In this document: piece by piece, positions 20,065 to 28,806 of the stretch | How positions within the stretch are numbered: position 1 is the stretch's first letter | Layout: each line of letters starts with the position of its first letter | Assembly (NCBI GenBank): GCA_018819285.1 | Contig: JAHJQM010000010.1 | Location: 10,930 to 74,929, forward strand | DNA length: 64,000 nucleotides | Source: Candidatus Omnitrophota bacterium | GTDB lineage: Bacteria > Omnitrophota > Gorgyraeia > Gorgyraeales > Gorgyraeaceae | Direction: 5' to 3' | Notes under the pieces: generated by a model | The model's input: the letters and a program-made list of their open reading frames with translations, nothing else | The model's database searches: none | Told to the model about the DNA's origin: nothing | Made by a program: the position numbers and the translations under genes

Positions 20065-21201
20065 TTGGATAAGTCTAAAGATATTTTGATTATACCAAGA
20101 TATCAGGTTGCTTTAAGATTCATAGAGATTCCTTCTACAGATCCTTCTGAGATTAAGAGCATGATGGAATTTCAGACCTTTAAAGAATCGCCCTATCAAA
20201 AGAAAGAGATCATAACAAGCTTCAGAAATATAGGATCTTATAAAAAAGGATTTTCTTGTATAATGCTGGCTATCGCAAAAAGACAGCACATAGAAGAGAT
20301 AATGGCGCAAAATGGGGCAAAGCCGGAGAATATAAGACTGGAGACAGAGCTATTATATTTATACCTCTTAAAAAAAAGCATAGTTAAGCAGGACAAGGTG
20401 AGCTTGGTTATAAATATCCGGAGAGATTATTTAGAAATTATGATAATAGATAATATAAAACCTGTTTTTTCAAGAGGGCTGAGCAGCTTGGAGGGATGGC
20501 TGGAAGAAATAAAGCGGTCTCTATCCTCATACAAAAGAGATAAAAATAATAAAGAAATAGAAAAACTAGTTGTTATGCATAGCTCAAATCTGAGCATGGA
20601 AGATATAAGGTTTAATATAAAAACGTTTTTTTCAATCCCTGCGAATTTTTATGAATATGAAGAGAATTTGAACAGCCTGGATATGCCTCTCGAGGTAGAT
20701 CTTTTGCCAATAGAATATATTGATAAAAGATTGAATAAGGAGAACATAAGGCAGGTTTTCCTGACATATTTTCTTCTACTTATTGTCATGGCCATGCTGG
20801 CATCTTTTTTTATTTTTAAGATCCGGGAAAAAAATAAAACAATTTTAGCGATTTCCGAAAAAACTGATAAAATCCAGAAAGATGCAGACCGATTGAATCT
20901 TTTTCTTAAAAAGACAGGGCTTCTGAAATCTCAGAAGGAAGAAGGTGAGCGCATCGTAAATATTCTAAAAGAGTGTTATGAACTTGTACCGCAGGACATA
21001 TCTCTTGCAGGCTTGGATTATGGCGAAAAAGACATTCTTTATTGTAAAGGTATAGCTAGATATATGCCTAGCGTATTTAATTTCATAAAGGTTCTTGAAA
21101 AATCAAAATATTTCAAAAAGATAGAAGTGAAATACGCGACAAAGAAAGAAATAGAAAATCAGGAGTTTACTGATTTCAGCATAGCATGTTTTACGCATTG
21201 A
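20065..21201 (+). CDS. gspL: GspL-like bitopic assembly protein (cytoplasmic actin-like domain + TM + periplasmic domain); TTG start
   Basis: Single TM around residue 235. Size and position match GspL. GAGGAG Shine-Dalgarno 5 nt before the TTG at 20065. Confidence 0.45.
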   Translation: MDKSKDILIIPRYQVALRFIEIPSTDPSEIKSMMEFQTFKESPYQKKEIITSFRNIGSYKKGFSCIMLAIAKRQHIEEIMAQNGAKPENIRLETELLYLYLLKKSIVKQDKVSLVINIRRDYLEIMIIDNIKPVFSRGLSSLEGWLEEIKRSLSSYKRDKNNKEIEKLVVMHSSNLSMEDIRFNIKTFFSIPANFYEYEENLNSLDMPLEVDLLPIEYIDKRLNKENIRQVFLTYFLLLIVMAMLASFFIFKIREKNKTILAISEKTDKIQKDADRLNLFLKKTGLLKSQKEEGERIVNILKECYELVPQDISLAGLDYGEKDILYCKGIARYMPSVFNFIKVLEKSKYFKKIEVKYATKKEIENQEFTDFSIACFTH

Positions 21202-21202
21202 T

Positions 21203-21712
21203 ATGATTCCTGTAAACCTTTCAAAAAGAGAAAAATGTATTTTTATCATAACGATAATTTTCACTATTATTGCATTATTGTATAATTTTATATTTAAGCC
21301 TGGCCTTATGAAATTACAGATTTTGAATAACGAGATAACAGCTAAAACGGCTATAATGAATAAAGGCATTAGATTGAAAGATAGAAAAGACTCTATTATC
21401 CAGGAATATAATAGGTATGCAAAATCTACTAAAAATATATCCAAGATTTTGAGCGAAGTGGAAAGCTATGCGGATTCTATCGGTATAAAAACTAGCAATA
21501 TAAAACCTGGCCAGGCAATGGAGATGGGGTTTTATAAGGAATATGCTGTAGAGCTTCAGATAGAAGGGGGACTAAAAGATATTATTAAATTCCTATCAGA
21601 GCTTGCGAAACTGCCAACCCTAGCGGTGTTAAAGAAATTTAATTTCAGGCTTATCTCACAAAATCCATCTATTTTCAAAGGCACAATAATCTTTTCCAAA
21701 ATCATCATATAA
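21203..21712 (+). CDS. gspM: GspM/PilO-like protein
   Basis: N-terminal TM followed by a periplasmic domain; 169 aa; lies after gspL-like. Confidence 0.45.
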   Translation: MIPVNLSKREKCIFIITIIFTIIALLYNFIFKPGLMKLQILNNEITAKTAIMNKGIRLKDRKDSIIQEYNRYAKSTKNISKILSEVESYADSIGIKTSNIKPGQAMEMGFYKEYAVELQIEGGLKDIIKFLSELAKLPTLAVLKKFNFRLISQNPSIFKGTIIFSKIII

Positions 21713-21728
21713 CCACAATGTCGCCGTT

Positions 21729-21763
21729 ATGTTACAAAACAAGTCATACTCGTTTTGTAACAT
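21729..21763 (+). repeat. 35-bp palindrome ATGTTACAAAACAAGTCATACTCGTTTTGTAACAT (P3, copy 1)
   Basis: Seen in sequence. 11-bp arms with a conserved 13-nt centre. A second copy lies at 22231-22265. Confidence 0.85.
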
Positions 21764-21777
21764 TTGAAACCGCCCTA

Positions 21778-21806
21778 TACTTGACATTTTGCATATCATG
21801 GTATAT
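21778..21806 (+). promoter_or_regulatory. candidate sigma70-type promoter TTGACA-N17-TATACT
   Basis: Seen in sequence (…cctatacTTGACAttttgcatatcatggtaTATACT…). Lies between the P3 palindrome and the MerR-like gene. Confidence 0.4.
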
Positions 21807-21858
21807 ACTTACTCTCTAAATGGAGAGTAAGCTATCGCTGTCTATATGGATAGTTGTA

Positions 21859-21893
21859 AGTTTACACTCTAACATTGTCATGGTGTAAACTTA
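21859..21893 (+). repeat. REP-like palindromic hairpin element, copy C (variant AAGTTTACAC…GTGTAAACTT with compensatory T/A pair)
   Basis: Seen in sequence. The G:C to T:A double change keeps the stem intact. Confidence 0.85.
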
Positions 21894-21900
21894 TATAAGA

Positions 21901-21983
21901 TTAATTCCTTAGCCAATTGCGCGTCAGCTGCTTCACTTTGCGAAGTAAAGTAGCGGGAGAGAAATTCAGAGGTGATTATACAT
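21901..21983 (+). promoter_or_regulatory. 5' leader cassette L1, copy 2 (TTAATTCCTTAGCCAATT … AAATTCAGAGGTGATTATACA + TTG)
   Basis: Seen in sequence. Confidence 0.7.
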
Positions 21984-22222
21984 TGGAAAAGATATATTTG
22001 ATAAAAGACTTAGCAAGATTGAGCGGGCAGACAGTTTACACGCTTAAATATTATCTGAATATCGGGCTTATTAAGGAGGTCGCTAGAAGCCCTGAGACTA
22101 ATTTTAGGTATTTTGATGATACTACATTAGAAAGATTAAAGAGAATCAGGGAATTGCGTAAAGAGAATAAGTCAATAGCAGAGATAAAAGATATTTTGGG
22201 TTTGACCACTTCAATCGCGTAG
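21984..22222 (+). CDS. MerR-family helix-turn-helix transcriptional regulator (DNA-binding domain only, ~79 aa; TTG start)
   Basis: LIKDLARLSGQTVYTLKYYLNIGLI…RYF is a MerR HTH signature. The TTG lies 8 nt after GAGGTGA, as in ackA. The 21917 ORF in the track reads through the leader. Confidence 0.6.
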
Positions 22223-22230
22223 ATTACCTA

Positions 22231-22265
22231 ATGTTACAAAATAAGTCATACTAGTTTTGTAACAT
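22231..22265 (+). repeat. 35-bp palindrome ATGTTACAAAATAAGTCATACTAGTTTTGTAACAT (P3, copy 2)
   Basis: Seen in sequence, between the MerR-like stop and the gspA Shine-Dalgarno, followed by AAGAGGTTTTTTA. Confidence 0.85.
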
Positions 22266-22281
22266 AAGAGGTTTTTTAGAG

Positions 22282-23112
22282 ATGTCATACTATAGCGTAC
22301 TAAACTTAAATAAAGAGCCGTTTTCAACAAGCCCTGATCCATATTTCTTTTATCCATCTATTTCGCATAAGCAAGCAATGCAAAGGCTTGAAATAGCCGT
22401 CAGATTAAAAAGAGGCCTTAGCGTTATTTTAGGCGATGTGGGCATTGGAAAAACTACTCTTGCAAGAGCCTTTATACAGGAGCTGCACTCTACTAATGGA
22501 GCCATAACTCATATGATATTGGACCCTACCTATGATTCGGAATTTCAATTTGTAACAACCCTCGCTAAGCTTTTCGGAATAAAGGGCTCATTTCGCTCTA
22601 CTCTGGATTATAAAGAAGCAATAGAAAGGTTTTTATTTAAGAAATGCGTTAATGAAAGCCATGTAATATCCCTAATTATAGACGAAGGACAGAAAATGAG
22701 TTTAGCTACATTAGAACTCTTGCGCACTCTTTTAAATTACGAGACCAATGAATACAAGCTTCTCCAGCTTGTTATCATGGGCCAGATGGAACTTTTGCCT
22801 AAACTGCAGCGTATAAATAACTTTTCAGATAGAATTAGTTTAAAATACATACTGAATCCATTGGATTATAATGAGACGAAAAACATGATAGAATTCAGGC
22901 TAAAACAGGCAGGCGCTGCATCGGGCAAGGAGATATTTACAGAAAAGGCAATACTGATGATATATCAATATACTCAAGGTTACCCTAGAAAGATTGCTGC
23001 TGTATGTCATAATCTATTGGAAGAGCTTGTAATGAGAGATAGAAAGATTATTGAGGAGGATCTGGTGAACGAGGTAATAGAAAAGGATAGAAAGGTGGTT
23101 TTGATATCATGA
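22282..23112 (+). CDS. gspA: ExeA/GspA-family AAA ATPase of type II secretion
   Basis: FGL…PF N-terminus, Walker A GDVGIGKTTL, Walker B IIDEGQ; 276 aa; followed by a small bitopic partner. Confidence 0.7.
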   Translation: MSYYSVLNLNKEPFSTSPDPYFFYPSISHKQAMQRLEIAVRLKRGLSVILGDVGIGKTTLARAFIQELHSTNGAITHMILDPTYDSEFQFVTTLAKLFGIKGSFRSTLDYKEAIERFLFKKCVNESHVISLIIDEGQKMSLATLELLRTLLNYETNEYKLLQLVIMGQMELLPKLQRINNFSDRISLKYILNPLDYNETKNMIEFRLKQAGAASGKEIFTEKAILMIYQYTQGYPRKIAAVCHNLLEELVMRDRKIIEEDLVNEVIEKDRKVVLIS

Positions 23113-23633
23113 TAGAGTCTACCCCTGAAGAGAAACTTTTGAATCTTATTAAAAAAGGCCAGTCAAAGGTAAGGTTTGGCAAGGATTTGAAGATATTCAC
23201 AAAGGTGAATATGATATTAATCAGTCTTATAGCAGTAATTACAGTTGTTTTCCTGGCAGATATTTTTATTTTTAAAAAGGACCCTTCGTTAGAGCCTGTT
23301 ATTGTAGGTACTCAACAGACTAAAGCGCCTCAGGCGCTTCAAATGCAACCAGCAGCAGCAGAAAAAATAGAAGAAGATAGTGTAATGGATCATGCCAGCC
23401 TGGATAAAAATATAAATATAAAAAAGATCTCCAAAGAAGAGATTTTGGGGAATCTTAATTTGTTAGGTATTATTACAGGCGATAATAATCAGGCAATCAT
23501 AGAGGATAAAACTTTAAAGAAAACGTTTTTTCTTTATAAAGGCGACTTGTTTGGAGAATTAAAGGTATATGATATAAGAGATAGCGTAGTGATTTTAGAA
23601 TATAAAGGAGAAAAAATAGAATTAAATATATAG
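23109..23633 (+). CDS. gspB: bitopic membrane protein, GspB/ExeB-like (PilP/GspC-HR-like C-terminal beta domain)
   Basis: N-terminal cytoplasmic segment, one TM, periplasmic C-terminus; translationally coupled to gspA. Confidence 0.4.
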   Translation: MIESTPEEKLLNLIKKGQSKVRFGKDLKIFTKVNMILISLIAVITVVFLADIFIFKKDPSLEPVIVGTQQTKAPQALQMQPAAAEKIEEDSVMDHASLDKNINIKKISKEEILGNLNLLGIITGDNNQAIIEDKTLKKTFFLYKGDLFGELKVYDIRDSVVILEYKGEKIELNI

Positions 23634-23669
23634 ATTCCAAACGATTTGTAATATAAATGGAGAAAATAT

Positions 23670-25661
23670 ATGAAAAAACTTATTATCGGCATGCTATTAT
23701 TTCTAGCATTTTCAAGCCTGGTTTTTGGAGCGCACCAGGATGACTCAGATTTGATATCGCTGGATCTAAAGGGTATGGACATAAGGGATGTATTCAAGAT
23801 TTTATCACAGAAGAGCGGGCTTAATATAGCGGTTGATAGCGGAGTGAACGGAACAATCACGCTTTATTTAAAGGATGTGAGCATTATGGATGCCATAAGC
23901 ATAATTGCCTCGACCAATAAACTTGCTTATGAGCAGACAGGCACGCTTATGAGAATTATGAATGAAAAAGATTATGAAAAGGCCTATGGAAAAAGTTTTG
24001 ACGATAAGAAGAGAACAGAGGTTATTAAGCTGAATTACGCTAACGCTGTTGAAGTAGGGCAGGCCTTGAATCAGATGAAGTCTGATATGGGCAAGGTTAT
24101 ACCGGAAGATGTTTCTAACACCATAGTTATAATAGATACTTCTGAGAATATTGTAAAGATGAGAGATGTTGTTTCAAAGATGGATATACGGTTAGTTACA
24201 GAAGTTTTTTCTCTTGATTATGCAAAGGCAGAATTGCTTAAGGATAAAATAGGCGAGATGGTTTCTAAGGGCGCTGGAAGCGTAAGGTTTGACGAAAAGA
24301 CAAACAAGCTTGTAGTTAAAGATACACAGGAGAAGATAGATGATATTCGCAAAGTAATAGATGCATTTGATGAAAAAACAAGGCAGGTCCTGATAGACGC
24401 CAGTATTATCCAGGTAACGCTTTCGGATAAGTATAGTTATGGGATAGACTGGACAAATATAGCAAAGCTTGGAGATATAAGGCTTACAGGCGATACGAAT
24501 CTTAGTACAGGCTTGTCAAATGTAACTCCGTCAACCCTCAGTATAGCTACTACAGGCGGAAATTATTCCGCAATAGTCAGCTTATTAAAAACATACGGAG
24601 AGGCCAATGTTTTGTCAAGGCCCAGGATTACGGTTCTTGACAGACAAGAGGCTAAAATCCTGGTAGGCGCAAAAGAGGTCTATGTTACAAGCGAGGTTAC
24701 AACTACAAGCGGAGGCACATATCACACTACAGACCATGTCCAGTTTGTAGATGTAGGCGTCAGGCTTGCAGTGACTCCAGAGATCAATAAGGCAGGTTTT
24801 GTTACATTGAAGATAAAACCAGAAGTCTCTAGCGCTGATGCAACAAAGACAGTGGAGTTAAAAAATCCTGATGGTTCTACAAGGACAATAGTGCCTTACG
24901 TGACTACTTCTGAAGCAGATACTCATGTTTCAGTGAAAGATGGGTCAACTATAATAATAGGTGGATTAATAAAAGATACCATGGTAGATCATAGAGAAAA
25001 GGTACCTTTTTTAGGGGATGTGCCTTTAATAGGAAAACTTTTTTCTACCAAAGGTAAGACCAAAGAAAAAACAGAACTCGTAATATTTCTGACTCCGCAT
25101 ATTATTGAGGGAGACAAAACTACAGAAGAGACGCAAAGGTATATAGCTGACTGGGATAAAAAGGCGGAAGAGATAAAGATAGAAGAACCGAAGGAGCCGG
25201 AGATTAAGTTATCTAAGCGAGCGCCTGAGAAAAAAGAAAAACAGCTAAAACAAAAGACAGCCACTGGAGAAGTTGCAGCTAAGAAAAAAGGACAACCAAA
25301 ACAAAAATGGGCACCTATTTTAGGTTCAGGGGGTGGCGAAGAATTGGAAGATAGCGCCACAAAATCGTCAGTTACTAATAGGACGCCTTATGAAGAATAC
25401 TATTTAAATATAGGACAGGAAATTAATGATTTAGCAAAACAGGATAAGGATGTTAGCGGGATAAATGGAGAGGTGGAGCTAAAGTTTACGCTGGATAAAG
25501 AAGGTTTTTTAATAAGAGGACCTATAGTGCTCAATCAGCCTGATCTCAGGCTTGTGAGAAGCGCTGTAAAAATCGTAAAAAAAGCAGCGCCATTCAGTGG
25601 TTTTCCAAAGGCGTTAAATAAGGATCAGGCAGATTTTAATGTAGTGGTAAGGTATGAATAA
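23670..25661 (+). CDS. gspD: type II secretion secretin GspD with an unusual C-terminal TonB_C-like domain
   Basis: Signal peptide, N0/STN-like and N1-type domains, a canonical secretin core (…VPFLGDVPLIGKLF…VIFLTPHII), a K/E-rich linker and ~90 aa resembling a TonB C-terminal domain (GEVELKFTLDKEGFL…SGFP). Confidence 0.8.
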   Translation: MKKLIIGMLLFLAFSSLVFGAHQDDSDLISLDLKGMDIRDVFKILSQKSGLNIAVDSGVNGTITLYLKDVSIMDAISIIASTNKLAYEQTGTLMRIMNEKDYEKAYGKSFDDKKRTEVIKLNYANAVEVGQALNQMKSDMGKVIPEDVSNTIVIIDTSENIVKMRDVVSKMDIRLVTEVFSLDYAKAELLKDKIGEMVSKGAGSVRFDEKTNKLVVKDTQEKIDDIRKVIDAFDEKTRQVLIDASIIQVTLSDKYSYGIDWTNIAKLGDIRLTGDTNLSTGLSNVTPSTLSIATTGGNYSAIVSLLKTYGEANVLSRPRITVLDRQEAKILVGAKEVYVTSEVTTTSGGTYHTTDHVQFVDVGVRLAVTPEINKAGFVTLKIKPEVSSADATKTVELKNPDGSTRTIVPYVTTSEADTHVSVKDGSTIIIGGLIKDTMVDHREKVPFLGDVPLIGKLFSTKGKTKEKTELVIFLTPHIIEGDKTTEETQRYIADWDKKAEEIKIEEPKEPEIKLSKRAPEKKEKQLKQKTATGEVAAKKKGQPKQKWAPILGSGGGEELEDSATKSSVTNRTPYEEYYLNIGQEINDLAKQDKDVSGINGEVELKFTLDKEGFLIRGPIVLNQPDLRLVRSAVKIVKKAAPFSGFPKALNKDQADFNVVVRYE

Positions 25662-25702
25662 TTCTCTTGACGTATTAAAGATAATAATATAATCTATCTA
25701 CC

Positions 25703-26653
25703 ATGTTAAAATATCTTATATTATCTATATTATTTATAGTTTTTACACAGCTTGGGTTTGCAGAACCTGTCGGGACTGTTGAAGATAGTAAATCTTCATG
25801 GTATGCGGTAATTGGAACTGAGAATAAAGGCAAAAAACTTTACATGAAAGGAGATCTCTTTTCTCCTGATAAAAATCCCGCAAAGTCTCTCAGGATATTA
25901 GATATAAAAAAGAATAGCCTTGTATTAGAAGATGTGATCTTAAAGAATAGCATTATAGTAAGGCCGGGAGAAAATATCCCAATAGAAGGAGCTGGGATGA
26001 TTTTTGAAAAAACAGTTGAATCCAGCGTATTGGAGTATAATTATAATAAACCCCCTAAAAAATTTACAAAAAATCAGTTAGAAGATTTTACGATAAAAAG
26101 CCTGGAAAAGAAAAAGATCGTGCTGGAAAAGCCTTATAACGCTTCTTCCCAGGTGAAACAACTTTCAAATAAGGAAAAGGAGATTTTTAATAGCCCCAGA
26201 GATCAGGATGCAGATAAAAATGTCATCATAACAGAACTTTTTAATAAAATAGATTCAAAGAAAATAGGCGATAATGTATGGGTGCTGGATAGGCCGAGCG
26301 CTGAATCTGCGATACGCAATGCAGGCGTTGCTCTTATCTCTGCAATAAAAAGAGTTGAACCGAGATACAGGCTGGGAGAAGGCCCAAGCTTAAAATTTAA
26401 CACAGATCTTGGGGCAGCAGTAGTGAATAAAGAAGGGTTTCTGGTACAGAGTATAGCTGTTGCAAAGCTTACAGAGAACTTTGGTATAAGAAAGGGTGAT
26501 ATTATCAAGAGCATAAATGGATACCCCGTGAATAGCCTTCTTGGGATATACAGGGCGTACGAGAATATTACGTCAGATAAAGGCGCCAAGTTTTTAAGTC
26601 TTAATATTGCAAGGGATGGAAAGACGAAGACATTGGTTTATAAAATAAAATAA
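25703..26653 (+). CDS. gspC: GspC-like protein with C-terminal PDZ domain
   Basis: N-terminal signal/TM segment and a C-terminal PDZ (GIRKGDIIKSINGYPVNSL). PDZ-bearing GspC is specific to type II secretion. Confidence 0.5.
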   Translation: MLKYLILSILFIVFTQLGFAEPVGTVEDSKSSWYAVIGTENKGKKLYMKGDLFSPDKNPAKSLRILDIKKNSLVLEDVILKNSIIVRPGENIPIEGAGMIFEKTVESSVLEYNYNKPPKKFTKNQLEDFTIKSLEKKKIVLEKPYNASSQVKQLSNKEKEIFNSPRDQDADKNVIITELFNKIDSKKIGDNVWVLDRPSAESAIRNAGVALISAIKRVEPRYRLGEGPSLKFNTDLGAAVVNKEGFLVQSIAVAKLTENFGIRKGDIIKSINGYPVNSLLGIYRAYENITSDKGAKFLSLNIARDGKTKTLVYKIK

Positions 26654-26660
26654 TAATAAA

Positions 26661-26785
26661 TAGCTAACTAAAAAGTCAAAAGTCAAAAGTAAAAAGTTAA
26701 AATTAAAAAGATACAATACAAAGGAAATAAAGGTTTTGAATTTTTAATTGTAGTTTTGACTTTTTAGTTTTTACTTTTAAGCTAA
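26661..26785. repeat. ~125-nt AT-rich imperfect inverted repeat containing tandem AAAAGTC units (AAAAGTCAAAAGTCAAAAGTAAAAAGT)
   Basis: Seen in sequence. Arms at 26661-26710 and 26741-26785 with a ~30-nt loop. Lies between gspC and bcd. Confidence 0.7.
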
Positions 26786-26809
26786 TCTATTATACAGAAA
26801 GGGGATATT

Positions 26810-27964
26810 ATGGATTATCTATTGACAGAAGAACAGGTAATGATAAGGGATATTGCGAGACAGATTGCACAGGAAAAGATAAAGCCTGTTGCGGCGAAGT
26901 ATGACGCAGAAGGTATTTTCCCGTGGGATATAGTGAAGATAATGGCTGCGAGCGACTTATGTGGCATATATATTGAAGAAAAATATGGCGGAACAGGCGG
27001 AGGAGCCATGGAGCTGGTGCTCGCGACTGAAGAATTATCCAGAGCGTGCGGCGGCATTTCACTTGCTTTTGCTGCAACAGCGCTTGGCACATTCCCTATA
27101 ATTTTATTTGGCACAGAAGAACAAAAAAAGAAATATCTGCCTGATATAGCTAAAGGAAAAAAATTAGCCGCGTTCGGTTTGACTGAAGCAGGCGCTGGAA
27201 GCGACGCAGGCGCTATTGCTACAACCGCAGAGAAAAAAGGCGATCATTATGTTTTAAACGGCACAAAGCAATGGATTACTAATGGCGGAGAAGCAGAAGT
27301 TTATACGGTTGTTGCGTCTACAGACAGATCCAAGGGAGCGCGCGGCGCAGCAGCGTTTATTGTTGAAAAAGGCATGAAGGGTTTTGAATTCGGCAAAAAG
27401 GAAGATAAGATGGGCATACGGGCGTCTGCTACGAGAGAGCTCGTATTTACAGATTGCAAAATCCCAAAGGAAAACCTGCTCGCGAAGGAAGGTATGGGAT
27501 TTATTGTGGCAATGAAAACATTTGACCAGTCAAGGCCAGGAGTAGCTGCACAGGCAGTAGGGATTGCCCAGGGCGCGCTTGATCTGACAGTTCAATATAT
27601 GAAAGAAAGAAAGCAGTTCGGGAAAAGTATAACTAGTTTTCAGGGCCTGCAGTTTATGCTGGCTGATATGGCTACTGAGATAGAGGCATCAAGGGCGCTG
27701 GTGTATGCATGCGCCCGCATGCTTGACAGCGGTAATACAAAGGTTTCAAAAGATTCTGCTATGGCAAAACTTTTTGCTTCTGATGTTGCAATGAAGGTGA
27801 CAACAGACTGTGTACAGTTATTCGGCGGTTACGGCTATATGAGAGATTATCCTATTGAGAAATATATGCGCGACGCAAAGATTACACAGATATATGAAGG
27901 CACTAATCAGATACAGCGCAGTATTATTGCAAATCATCTGATCAAGGAAAGCGCTGCGAAATGA
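26810..27964 (+). CDS. short-chain (butyryl-CoA-type) acyl-CoA dehydrogenase
   Basis: Full ACAD fold; catalytic Glu near the C-terminus (YEGTNQIQ); 384 aa. Confidence 0.85.
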   Translation: MDYLLTEEQVMIRDIARQIAQEKIKPVAAKYDAEGIFPWDIVKIMAASDLCGIYIEEKYGGTGGGAMELVLATEELSRACGGISLAFAATALGTFPIILFGTEEQKKKYLPDIAKGKKLAAFGLTEAGAGSDAGAIATTAEKKGDHYVLNGTKQWITNGGEAEVYTVVASTDRSKGARGAAAFIVEKGMKGFEFGKKEDKMGIRASATRELVFTDCKIPKENLLAKEGMGFIVAMKTFDQSRPGVAAQAVGIAQGALDLTVQYMKERKQFGKSITSFQGLQFMLADMATEIEASRALVYACARMLDSGNTKVSKDSAMAKLFASDVAMKVTTDCVQLFGGYGYMRDYPIEKYMRDAKITQIYEGTNQIQRSIIANHLIKESAAK

Positions 27965-28743
27965 ATGTCATTGTATGTATAAAACAGGTTCCGGATACAA
28001 CAAATGTCAGGATAGACCCTGAGACAAATACCCTGGTACGTTCAGGCGTCCAGAGTATAATAAATCCGTTTGACATGTATGCCATTGAAGAGGCTGTAAG
28101 GCTCAAAGAGAAATTCGGGGGCCTCGTGACTATAGTAACAATGGGCCCTCCTCAGGCAGAAGAGGCGTTGCGCGAGGCAATATCTCTGGGAGGCGATGAA
28201 GCTGTGCTGATTTCAGACAGGGCATTTGCAGGAAGCGATACATGGGCTACCAGCTATACGCTTTCAAAGGCTATTCAGAAAATAGGAAAATTTGACATTG
28301 TAATCTGCGGAAAACAGGCGATAGACGGCGATACTGCCCAAGTGGGGCCTGGCATTGCCGCATTTTTGGATATACCTCAAATAACTTTTGTTAAGAAGAT
28401 AGAAGATATAAAAGATTCTTTCATGCGCGCAGAAAGGATGACAGAAGAAGGTTATGATATTGTTGAATCGCCTTTGCCATGCCTTATTACTGTGGTTAAA
28501 GAAATTAACGAGCCAAGGCTACCTTCTTTAAAAGGCAAGATGAGGGCAAAAAAAATAGAAATTAAAAAACTAGAAGCAAAAGACTTGGACACAGACCCTG
28601 ATTTGCTTGGGCTAAAAGGATCTCCTACAAAAGTCGTCAAGATATTTACGCCTCCTCCGAGAAAAGGCGGCCAGATTTTAGAGGGGGAAGCAAAGGATGT
28701 TTGTGCGAAGTTAGTAGAGTTATTAAAAAGCGAGGTTTGTTAA
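27961..28743 (+). CDS. etfB: electron transfer flavoprotein beta subunit
   Basis: MNVIVCIKQVPDT… ETF-beta family; 260 aa. Confidence 0.85.
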   Translation: MNVIVCIKQVPDTTNVRIDPETNTLVRSGVQSIINPFDMYAIEEAVRLKEKFGGLVTIVTMGPPQAEEALREAISLGGDEAVLISDRAFAGSDTWATSYTLSKAIQKIGKFDIVICGKQAIDGDTAQVGPGIAAFLDIPQITFVKKIEDIKDSFMRAERMTEEGYDIVESPLPCLITVVKEINEPRLPSLKGKMRAKKIEIKKLEAKDLDTDPDLLGLKGSPTKVVKIFTPPPRKGGQILEGEAKDVCAKLVELLKSEVC

Positions 28744-28749
28744 AAGCTG

Positions 28750-28784
28750 TAAGTTGACAAACTAACATTGTCAGAGTGTAAACT
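28750..28784 (+). repeat. REP-like palindromic hairpin element, copy D (degenerate: AAGTTGACAAACTAACATTGTCAGAGTGTAAACTT)
   Basis: Seen in sequence directly after the etfB stop. Confidence 0.7.
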
Positions 28785-28806
28785 TTGGCTAAGCGGAAAA
28801 AGTGTT

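Noticed and set aside
21729-22265. The 35-bp ATGTTACAAAA…TTTTGTAACAT palindromes as XerCD dif sites or integron attC sites
   Set aside because: They do not resemble the 28-bp dif consensus or the attC R''/L''…L'/R' core organisation, and no integron integrase is nearby. A regulatory, terminator or cassette-boundary role remains possible, so the feature is reported as a finding without that label.
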